A program made the position numbers and the translations under genes. From assembly GCA_003344405.1 (NCBI GenBank), contig NOWV01000159.1, positions 62,001-126,000 on the forward strand: DNA of 64,000 nt, in the 5' to 3' direction. Numbering within the stretch: position 1 is the first letter of the stretch; every line of letters begins with the position of its first letter. Origin of the DNA: Trichoplax sp. H2. Lineage: Eukaryota. The notes beneath the pieces are model-generated. The model worked only from the letters and a program-made list of their open reading frames with translations, ran no database searches and was not told the DNA's origin. This document shows positions 1-10,747 of the stretch, piece by piece.

Positions 1-164
1 AAGGTAATTCAAAATCAGTAATTAATTAATATTTGAAAAGTGATTTCAACATACGAGTATATTATCAACTTTATGAAACTAAAGCATAAAGTCATTATTA
101 CAATTAATTGATAGTAAAATAGATATATAGTACTTATCATGCGTATCTAAACGCTATTTAGTAC

Positions 165-1940
165 CTGCTTGTGCGTGCCGCACTGCGTCATGACAAAGTT
201 GGTTATTTCAACATTATAACATTTGCGATATCCATGTAGTTGGAGTAGTTTCTTTAATTTAAAATTGTACAAAAGACAATCGAAGAGACTGCGGTTAAAG
301 TAGCAGATTATCTAAGATATCAGATAAATGTAGTGTTTAATTATCTGTAATCAATCTCAACTTACATTTTCGCTGACTGAGCTTCCCTACACACATTTTT
401 TCACGTTTTACATTTAGTTTATGATATCTCGTTTTACTTGTCTTCGTTGTAAGCAAACAAAATCGTTACAAAATGTTCATTAAGTTATATTGATTATTCT
501 TTATGCTAAACCAGTCATTGTAATTGGTTCCTGTGGCTTAGCAATAATTGTAAGTCACAAAAGACTATTCATAATGTAATCAATGTCACTGCATTGAATG
601 TTAGTTATTGTCTCCAAAGGCAGACGCTGATAAATAACAAAAGCCTATGGTAATGCCATTGCTGACGTTTGGCGAATTGCTAACAGTAAACTGCGTGGTA
701 CCAGAGTAGTTACTACGTGTACAACATAATGTAGTAGCAACAAAAAATTTACTCACTTTAAAAATTCATGAACTAGTGTATGACTATTGATACCGAGTCT
801 ACAGGCACTAAAGACATAGGTATAATTGTTTATTGTGGTATTAGAAGCATATCACAAAAATATACGTTGTACGAATTGCTACTAAGGTAGACTACTTCAA
901 TTTCATCGTAGGCCATAACAAAAATTAAAGTCTCAAAGACTTCTAGAGGAATGAGATTTACATATCGATCTTAATTTTGTCTTCAGGAATACATATACGC
1001 CTACTATATTTTGTATTCGAAGAGTTGGGAGATACAATTGCCTAGCAAGTACATCATTCGATAGTGACTCACCTATTTGTTGACGAAACGAGGTAACTAA
1101 TTAAATACTCTACAACTATTGATGCAGTAAGACCAATTACCTATCGATATCGTCGCTTGATAATAATTAATTAGTAATTTATACGCGGATACTGAGACAT
1201 CTCCCAGACTTATTTTACAATAGTGTATTACTGAATATCAACTGATAAAACAACGTTTTACCCTTAGAATAACTCATTCATTTTAAACTTGTTACATACA
1301 AATGCAATAATTTATTACTGTAAACTAGTCGAACACCCTCAGCGTATCTTCAAGTCAAGTATACTGAAATTGTATATTCAGTGAACAAGTATGTGAGTTG
1401 CAAAGTATCATGAGGAGTGTGTGTAATAAGATGGCCCGTTAGTAATAAGTAATAGCGTAGGTCTTCCTTTATTGAATGCTTATTGCACGTACATATGTGC
1501 GAATACAATTTTATTAATTATACATTTAAATAGACTATTAAATCTAACTCTTAGGAAATAGCATCTAATTGATAAAATATTGCCGACATTGTCAGGAGAC
1601 CGTACTATACTATTTTTTACAATACTGCAAATAGGTACAATGTCGCACAATTAATAGGTAAATAATGCATTTAAAATATATGGGTATTTTATATTGTAAT
1701 ATGCTAGGAGCTTCTCCGAACGCTACGCATAGATCAGTAATGTTCTAAAATTTAAATTGCTTGATTTTTACAAAACATACATTACTATATAACTACACGC
1801 GCATTCGCAGTATACAATTTACGTATGTACGATTGTACGTATGTCTAGCAATAGCATGCAGCAATAATAGCAAATTTAATCCGTATGGTATACATACAGT
1901 ATTTCGAATCAGGGACTACTTCGAAAGAAGAGAAAGGAAA
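165..1940 (-). other. Possible spliced minus-strand transcript (unidentified gene or lncRNA) running off the left edge
   Basis: Several minus-strand donor-like sites (AG|GTGAGT 1072, AA|GTGAGT 756, AT|GTAAGT 365, CAG|GTACTA 164). Two exon-like open segments: 807-757 (ACRLGINSHTLVHEFL) and 251-165 (KLLQLHGYRKCYNVEITNFVMTQCGTHKQ). I could not join them into one ORF or recognise a homolog. Confidence 0.25.
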
Positions 1941-2262
1941 GAGACGGGACGGACGAGACACGGCCGAAAGCTAGAAAAAATAAGATGGCCGACTTTTTTG
2001 CGGTCATTTTAGGATACACTACGGCTGTAACCGTACAGTACTGTACAGTTGTACACCGTACTGTGCAAAACCAACCAGGCAAATACTGTAATTTGGAGGA
2101 CGGTCGTGAGCACTGTACTGTACATTGTACAATATACGCGTAGGGTACGATTACCGATGGTCGGTACACTTGAAATGACCAGCAGGAAAGTCGCCTTGCT
2201 CATCGCTAGTACGTATAGCTAAGGATCGTGTCCTGTCCCTTTCTCTTCTTTCGAGTAGTCCC
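1912..2262. repeat. ~350-bp imperfect inverted repeat (foldback/MITE-like or inverted duplicated promoter)
   Basis: 1912-1937 GGGACTACTTCGAAAGAAGAGAAAGG matches the reverse complement of 2238-2262 except for one indel. Further collinear inverted blocks lie inward (GACACG, AGCTA, CGACTTT, GGTCATTT, GTAAYCGTAC). ACAGT repeats sit in the centre. No TSD seen. Confidence 0.8.
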
Positions 2263-2477
2263 CGTTCAAATATTGCTGTAAACATTTATAGTTCGCTTAT
2301 GATTACATTATCTGTCTGCTCAATATTGAATTCATATATTTCTTGTGATTACTTATTGATACACTGCAAGTGTGTGACTGTATTAGGTTTCATTGATTTA
2401 ATATAAATTATGTTGTAATTATAAATTACTAGCGCTAAACTTCCATTTTATTACACGATATGGTGGCTGGTACGCCT

Positions 2478-3003
2478 ACAGTACAGTATAATACTGTACT
2501 GTACTTTGCAGATCTCAGATCTGCAGTACAGTACAGTACAGTACATTGCAGATTTCAGATCTACAGTATACTGTCCTGTACTACAGACGTCAGTCCTAAC
2601 TACAGTAATGCAAGTCACGTCGTAATACCAATCTATAGTCTATAATAGACTCTATACTATGCCGCCGACCCGCCGTTATACAGTATGACAAATGGAAGCA
2701 AGATCAATTTTTTCGAGGATTGAGTTTTTTACTATACTGTACTGTACATTGTACTGTACAAGTAATTACTGTACTTATTACAAGCGAAGTACTGTACAGT
2801 ATCGTACGTACAGTACTGAACGCCCCCTCCCCCACAAGTACAGTACAGTACTGTACTGTACACTGTACAGTAGAGTTAAGATAAAAACATTTTTACCCTT
2901 AACTCTATGGTTATACAGTACAGTACAGTACGGTACTGTACAGTACTTGTACAGTATAAAGAAAGTATCCTATTATACTGTACTGTACTGTACTGTACGT
3001 GTG
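2478..3003. repeat. ACAGT/ACTGT pentamer array upstream of TSG101
   Basis: Dense TACTG/CAGTA runs in alternating orientation with interspersed GC-rich boxes (GCCGCCGACCCGCCG 2661, CGCCCCCTCCCCC 2821); ends ~140 bp before the TSG101 ATG. Confidence 0.9.
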
Positions 3004-3139
3004 TAGACCTGAGAAGGCAAAAAAACTTTGGACAAAAATTAATTAAATAAAAATATCAGTACAGCATAAATAGGGTTCAGTGTAAATTACGAGATCGAAA
3101 CCAAAGTTCGCAATCTTCTTTCAACGGTACTGTGCTACT

Positions 3140-5173
3140 ATGTTACCGATTTCGGAAAACAACTTCTACATTGTAAATGATACGGCAACAACAATATATT
3201 GACTGTATTTTACTGTGCTTGGGTTTTAGTATCGGTACAGTGATGATGCGATAAAAGATACACTCACCGTTTTAAGGACCTTTCAAAACTTTAGATTGGA
3301 TTTGTCAAAATATAGTAAGTTCTAAACTATTTCATACTCAATACAGGCAGGAGTGTTAGGAATATAAAACTGTTTCGAGATGCGTATTGTGCTTCTAATC
3401 AGGTTAATTAAATATTATTTAGCGTATAACGATGGTAGAGAAAGTAGCTTGTTCTGCATGGATGGAACCATTCCAGTTGTCTATAAAGGTATACTACGTA
3501 ATTTTTCATTAATAAAAGCGCATAGTAAAAGTGTCCATAATTTCATACTGTTTTCGTAGTATTCTACTGTAATGTTTTGTAGACATAAGTATGCGTATAC
3601 ATATTACTTATTACCATGGTATTATATAATATATATATTTCTAGTAAAGTGTACATACGTGATCTTTGCTTCAGGAACGACGTATAACATTCCTATTTGC
3701 ATCTACTTGGAAAAAAATTACCCTCATCAGAGTCCTATTTGCTTTGTTCGCCCCACAAACTACATGATCCTCAAACAAACGAAAATCGTGAATGCTGACG
3801 GAAAAGTTAGCATTTCGTACTTATTAGATTGGAGATATGTAAGTATCAAGACAAATTTCGTTCTACTTTATAAAATGGAAATATGTTCTTAACCGCTATT
3901 AATAAAAACTTTCTATTTCAGCCTCAGTCAGACCTAACTACGTTTCTGCAAGTATTATGCCTACAGTTCGCAGACGAGATGCCTGTTTATAGCAAGAAGG
4001 CCACGTCTTATCCTTCACAAACATCTCAACCTGGTTACTCGTCCTCTCTACAGTCTTCCTATCCCCGTTACAGCAATCCAAGACAACCTTATCCTCCACC
4101 GAATGTCAACCCCAATGCCAATCTTCCCTATCCTCCAACCAGCTCTTATGGTATGCCACAGCCTGGCAACCCAAGTCCTTATCCACCAGCTTCTAGTACT
4201 GCTTCCATTTCATATCCTTCATTTCCCTCGCCTCGACTCGGAGATATTAATCCCTCAAATGAACAAGTAATGTATCAGTCACTGTTAACATCTGTTGAAG
4301 AGAAATTAAAGAGGCGCTTAAACGAAGCTTTAGAAGAAGGCAAGACAGAAATCGAATCTCAAATGCATATAGAAAATGAATTAAAGAAAAGTTCCACTAT
4401 TCTAGAAGACAAATTAAAGCGGTTAAAGGAAGAAGAAGTGTGACGAGAACCTCTTACTTATGTATGATCTGGGTGATTTTTTTAAGACAGTTTTAAATTC
4501 TGTTTTTAGGATCAGGTTAGGGCTGAAATCGATACTATGTCCACGAAATTGAGTGAACTGCATCAAATTGAGTCTCGTGTCGGCACAGACCCATCGAAAC
4601 TTAACATTGATGATGCTATTATTACGACTGCCCCATTATATACACAGTGAGTTACTCTTAAATGCTGAAAATATATTTATTTCCTACTATTAGAATCATT
4701 TTTCAGGCAGTACTGTATTAGGAAGATCAGTTTAATTCTGATCTCATTTTACGTGTATGTACTCATATACCAGAAATTCAGTAAGTTTTAACTCATTAGC
4801 CAAGTTTCACAAATTAATTTCATATTTATTTCACAAGAATTCTTAATCTGCATACCGAGGAATGTGCTATAGAAGACACAATTTATTATCTCGGGGAAGC
4901 TCTGAGAAGGGAGGTTATCGATCTAGAAATATTTCTTAAAGTAAGTTTTTGGAAGGGTCACTGGATTGTATCCGCTTTAGCCAATAAAAGACCCAGCAAA
5001 ATTCTAATTGTAATTTTGTAATTACTATTATACACGTACATGCAGGAATTTCATTATTATATTGCAAACTAAATGATATGTTTATTACTTAGCATGTTAG
5101 GTCTTTATCGAGGAGGCAGTTCATGCTAAAGGCTCTAATTCGAAAGGCTAGAGCAACTGCTGGACTTCCTTAG
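3140..5173 (+). CDS. TSG101: Tumor susceptibility gene 101 (ESCRT-I Vps23), 8 exons
   Basis: Exons ~3140-3172, 3230-3314, 3423-3488, 3675-3838, 3922-4437, 4510-4646, 4838-4940, 5093-5173. UEV domain (GTIPVVYKGTTYNIPICIYL), Pro-rich region, coiled coil and steadiness box (AIEDTIYYLGEALRREVIDLEIFLKHVRSLSRRQF). First exon is the least certain. Confidence 0.95.
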
Positions 5174-5488
5174 CTGGTAAATTACTTCAAGAAATGTTAC
5201 ATTGATCATACGGGTTATTTGCTTGAGTATTTAATTTGAACAAGAGTCCAATAATTAGAACAAATAGTACCGACTAGAAAGCGGGTTTTGCAACGCTCAT
5301 TCTTTAGACAGTTGTATGCTTTCTATTTTCATAGTTACTTTTTTATTTGACGTTATACAATTTTCTGTTAATTAATCTATCAGCATATTGCAGGTCTAAA
5401 GTTAAAAAATCATCATGTTTCGACGTCCGTAACATAATCTTGATAAATATATTCTAGGTGTAATGATACACTATGTTAAACGTTAATA

Positions 5489-8400
5489 CTAAACAGAAAT
5501 AGTTTTAAAAATATTGAATCCATCTTGTGCAGTACTGATAATAACACCAGGGAGCTGCGAATGCCAGTGAAGCTCTTTAATGTCTTTCTGTCCCTAATGA
5601 ATATATGAAATAAAAATTTAAAAATACCTGCAGTTAGGCATATACGAGTATAAGGCAACGTTTTTACTTGATGAATAAACAGCAATTGCGGGGGTACGTC
5701 AATGTCCTCATGTTCGCCGTTGGCTTCGACGTCTTTCTCTAAGGCTAAATCCCAGACAGTTAACTAGGAAATTAACATAGTCAACTTTTAATATGATGGC
5801 AATTCCTTCCGTTTTTTTGATTAGCTTAGTGAGGTAGAGTACCTGATCATCAGCACCTGCAGCTGCAAATACCGTACTGTCAATAGGGTACCATTCTACA
5901 GATGTAATTGGCGCTTGATGGTGCTTGAATGTTGCAACAGGTCTTTTACTGTAAATATTTACAATACAATTATAAGTATAGAAAATTCGGAAACGTGATT
6001 TAAGTCTGCCCTCCTGAAATAAAGCCAGCGGGAAAGTAGTTAATACTATGTAATTAATACAAAATAGATGCTATGCAATTGCTTTCTTAGTGTGTGTGGC
6101 AGTCATGTGTAGAATACCATTAAGGGATCAGTAATACAGTATTGCGTATAAGTGATATGCTATTGGACAATAGGGTCTCACTAAGCCAAAGCACAAAACA
6201 AGTATACTCGTACACAGTACGTTCCATAAAAATACACTTAACCTAATCATGAAATGAATGTAGTAAAATAATAAATTCGAAGTATTATGTTATGGAAGAA
6301 AGAAATATCATAGAGTACCCTACAATAGTATCTTCCAAGGGCTTGCTATGTACGAGCACATTAAGACCTGATATATAGAATATCAATCACACCTTTGGAG
6401 TCGTCGAAGATCCCAAACGTTTAAAATTCCGTCATCGCCACCTGATAGCAGAAAAGGATCATTGCTGGAAATGGAGTATGACGCCAATTAGCTTCATTAT
6501 TAGCTAATAATTCTCATGAGAACTCTAATAGACAGATAAGTTACTTATTCCACGAGATAACATTAACATCATCTGAGTGGGCTTCCACCGAAATCATGCA
6601 CCCCTTTTGCTTTGCAATTCTAATATCCCAAAATTTTACCGTCTTATCTACAGAACATGATGCAAATACCTATAAAAAGCAAATATACAGAATAAATAGC
6701 GTAAATACCAAGCCAAAATGCTAAAAATACTGCAAATAAAGAACGATCCGTTACAGAATCTTCATTGGGGCTCCATTGCAAATCTTCGACTGACTTTGTA
6801 TGTCCTTGGAATGGAGTTGGCTCAACAGCCCAGGTCTCATTTATCGGATTCCATAAGTATATATCTTTCTTTTGATCTCCTGTTAGTAACCTTTTAATTT
6901 AAAAAGATCGTCTTAGGAGTCATATTTCTATAAATATAGCTTTTACTACATAAACGTAACATGAATACTGCCTTCCATAAACGATCTTGGACCAATCCAT
7001 AGCGAACCCTTCAGTCTATAGTCAAAAGTTGTACAATGTTTAATTATCAACCAGTTTTGGACATGAACTTAAAATTATCGCTAGTAAGATGGTTTTTATA
7101 CGCATATTAATAATAACCGAGTGTTTGTTAAACGAAAACAGTGGTGTTTGACGACTGTGTCCAGCGCCTATACAAGCGTTCTCATCATCTTTATCAATCG
7201 ACATAAGTTCTTTAGAAATATCCCAGATATGAACACAACCTGTATCGGACCACGTGGAAACTATGTGCCTATTTGGTATTAAAGCATGCTAAAGTAGTTA
7301 TAAAAATAAAAATTCTTAGTTTGAATTAAGAAATTAAATGAGTCAGAATGGTAGATACGTTTAGACTGTATTACAGCGTACCCTTATCCTATTTACAGCC
7401 CCTTCATGATGTATCGATTTTATATCCAAGCTAGGACCACAGTCTATCTTTTGTTCTTCGTCACTATCAGAGCAGTCACCTTAAATAATTATGATCATAT
7501 TAACATGTCACTATAGATTTTAACAAAAATCATTTACTATGACTATTAATAATTTTTCTGAATATTACATTTAAGTTACAATATTTAACAGATAATACCT
7601 TCTTTATACGTTTTATGCAAGTTTGACATTTTTACAACAATAACACTATTCTTATTCATTTCATCAGCTTGGGTTCCTGCTACCAGATACGCGGTCATAG
7701 GAAACTGAAAAGTTCCGATGAAGGTGATTAAATACGATATTACGAACTCATCTGACCTACATTGTTTAAGTCACATCATTACAATCAGCAATATTTATAG
7801 TAGAGTAATGACATGACTTAAGCTCTAAGAATGACTGCTGCGACTGCAGAAAGCCACTACGTAGAATTTTAAAAGAATACTAATTCACTCAAGGTTCAAA
7901 CCTCAGTTCGATTTTCTCCCAAACTATCAGGAACAACGCTGAAACTTAAACATGGGTAGCCAGTCTGAGCCTAGAAAACAGATTTATAGACAAAATTATC
8001 TACAGGCTTTAAAAACAACTAAAGTCATAACAATAAAACACAGTACTGTTCTATATCGCATAACATAATCAAAGGTTATACATAAAATAGATCTTATACA
8101 ATCAGTACTCCAAGGAAAGTATTGAGCTACTGTAATTCAGCCATAATACTGTATGTTAGTACATAATCTTGTTTTAATCCCGACATACTTGAAAAAGAAT
8201 TATAAAAACATCGTAAACTGTAATACATGGATAAAAATATTGTAGTTCTTTTCGTAATCCGGTCTATGCATACATAACATTGCTATAGTTTACTTGTTAA
8301 GAATCTTACTGAGCAGTAATTCAGGTACGAGGTAATATGAATGAAATCAGAATTAGTGTACTGTACGTGCTAACCGCATGGTACATATAATAAGCCGATT

Positions 8401-9397
8401 CTTCCATGACAAGATCATCATTTTCTGTAGTTGCATTTGTAGCATTGTGAGGAACATAAACCTAAATGGTTTAATTCAGAAGGTAGTAAGTAGTTAGGCA
8501 ATCTGAGCTGAGCATAATATAATAATAATATCAAATACTGTAATCGAAACAAGCCACCGCATTGCTAGTTACAATGCAGCATTGCCAAACGAATCAGGAC
8601 TTGGTCTATTGCAGGTAGTATAGCAAACGTATTAGCTGAAAGTTTTATTAAAACAAGACTGCGTAATACCAGATTTGCAAATCGCTAAAGATTGTATAAT
8701 ACTGTACGATGATTTATGCTGTCTCAACAATATTTGTGTGTGCGTATAAACTTTTCGTGATTTCCTTACAGTGCATGTCCGATGCTAGCTGTACAGTGCA
8801 GTATGTCATTTTCCATATTTTCTTCTAGGACGCATTAGCACACAAGTGCATGCAGTGTACTGTATAGTAAACACTAACTGGGCTACATGCAAAGTTTAGA
8901 ATTAACCGCACTGTACATACAACCGGTATAAGTATAAAAAACAATTTTAGTGGATGCATGTTAGCTAATGACTACGGATAACAAACGTAGTAGACAAGTT
9001 AAAGTATAATACGATCCATTTCATTTTTGCCGTTTCGAGGCATATACATACAGCACGTTACCAAGTTTACAACGTACAGACGGTACACTACTTAGTGTTG
9101 TCCATAACCTTATATATAAGATTTTTTCTCATATCTCTATCTCTATCGTGGTGTTGTCAGTTAATATTTTGCTTATAAGTTATTATCATGCACACTTGCA
9201 AAGTATTATACTGTAAAATATAAATCACTGGTATTCAGAAAATTGCCTGTATATAATATGTTACATAGTTTACAACACTGCAATATTATCTGTAACTTTT
9301 TCATCTCTATTTTTCATCAAGGGATCATCTAAGAATAAAAGACGAGGTTTTCAACCTTGGTTTCCTGAGAGTCGTTTTCGTTCTCACTGTCTATCAT
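5489..9397 (-). CDS. GRWD1: Glutamate-rich WD repeat protein 1 (Rrb1 ortholog), multi-exon
   Basis: Spliced peptides [38 protein letters not shown]40 repeats ([13 protein letters not shown]), and C-terminus LTVWDLALE...[20 protein letters not shown]...FNIFKTISV*. Exon 1 [14 protein letters not shown] at 9397-9356. Confidence 0.93.
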
Positions 9398-9683
9398 TTT
9401 AATCTTTTATCTTTCTGATCTTTAAGACTTTAACCCGCAATCAGAAACCAGAAACAAGAGGTACAATGTTTCTGCGCAGAGGGCCTGATTACAGCTCTGA
9501 ACTTAAAGCAGCATGATTCTGTATCAGGTCCTGCAATTGTTGATTTTCCAACTCGAAATGAGTGCAATCGCTATACAAACACTATATCACCATAGAAATT
9601 CTTAAACCGAATCCGCCCTCGAGTTAGGTTCAAGTCGGGTTCAGCACTAAATTTTAAATTATTTAATTATTTAAAAGTGACTG

Positions 9684-9920
9684 CTGTACAGTACTGTACT
9701 GTACTGAACTATACTGTACTATACAGTACAGTACACTACACTGTACACTCAGTGTACAGTACAGTACATACTGTACACTAGTGTACAGACTGATACAGTG
9801 CACTGAGTACTGTACTGTACTGTACAGTGTACAGTGTACAGTATTATACTGTACTAGAAACTATTGCGGTTTCATTACTGTACAGTACTGTACAGTACAG
9901 TGTACAGTACTGTACAGTAT
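9684..9920. repeat. ACAGT/ACTGT array in the GRWD1-ABT1 divergent intergenic region
   Basis: Almost pure TACTG/CAGTA/TACAC variants over ~240 bp between two head-to-head start codons. Confidence 0.9.
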
Positions 9921-9955
9921 AATTTTGTCCACAAAATGAATCATTGTGGCCCAAT

Positions 9956-10747
9956 ATGTACGAAATCTTCATTGATGTGTAGCTGAGTATTTTGCGCTAT
10001 TCGAAAAAAAGCAGAAAGAATCGTTTATATCAAAAAAAGGCTAGTCATGGAGCGCAAGTCTGGCATCGTTTATATTAGTAGAATTCCACCACATATGAAT
10101 CCACTTAAAATACAGCGAATATTTTCACGCTATGGACAAATCAACAGGATCTTTTTACAGCCAATAGGTTATTCATTAATGATTAATATTAGAAGTAAAT
10201 TTGCATATGAAGTACCGTGCTGTACTTGGCGATTGTGGAGTAATATCAGATTTATTCATCGCTTTTTGAAAATGTTGATGCAAGTATGTAGAACAGTTAT
10301 TATATTATACACTATTATTACATTAACCAAAACTCGATTTATGCTAACACGATGTACGAAATCTTCATTGATGTGTAGCTGAGTATTTTGCGCTATTCGA
10401 AAAAAAGCAGAAAGAATCGTTTATATCAAAAAAAGGCTAGTCATGGAGCGCAAGTCTGGCATCGTTTATATTAGTAGAATTCCACCACATATGAATCCAC
10501 TTAAAATACAGCGAATATTTTCACGCTATGGACAAATCAACAGGATCTTTTTACAGCCAATAGGTTATTCATTAATGATTAATATTAGAAGTAAATTTGC
10601 ATATGAAGTACCGTGCTGTACTTGGCGATTGTGGAGTAATATCAGATTTATTCATCGCTTTTTGAAAATGTTGATGCAAGTATGTAGAACAGTTATTATA
10701 TTATACACTATTATTACATTAACCAAAACTCGATTTATGCTAACACG
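9956..10747 (+). repeat. Exact tandem duplication, 2 x 396 bp (9956-10351, 10352-10747)
   Basis: Both copies begin ATGTACGAAATCTTC and end GCTAACACG. The ORF track shows identical peptides at 10047 and 10443 (offset 396). Confidence 0.97.

Noticed and set aside
2478-3003. Repeat blocks with unique spacers as a CRISPR array
   Set aside because: Eukaryotic context, microsatellite-like units, irregular spacing, no cas genes.
1761-3006. ORFs rich in TVLYC/YSTVQ (also 27133-27542 and 62823-63065)
   Set aside because: Translations of the ACAGT repeat, which lacks stop codons; not genes.
5174-5488. Overlapping 3'UTRs of TSG101 and GRWD1
   Set aside because: The gap is short, but transcript ends cannot be placed from sequence; common in compact genomes.
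9235-9319. Box C/D-like pair (TTGATGA...CTGA) in GRWD1 intron 1
   Set aside because: Imperfect box C, no terminal stem, no recognisable rRNA guide.
9626-9636. Pol III B-box-like GGTTCAAGTC
   Set aside because: No A box or tRNA cloverleaf around it.
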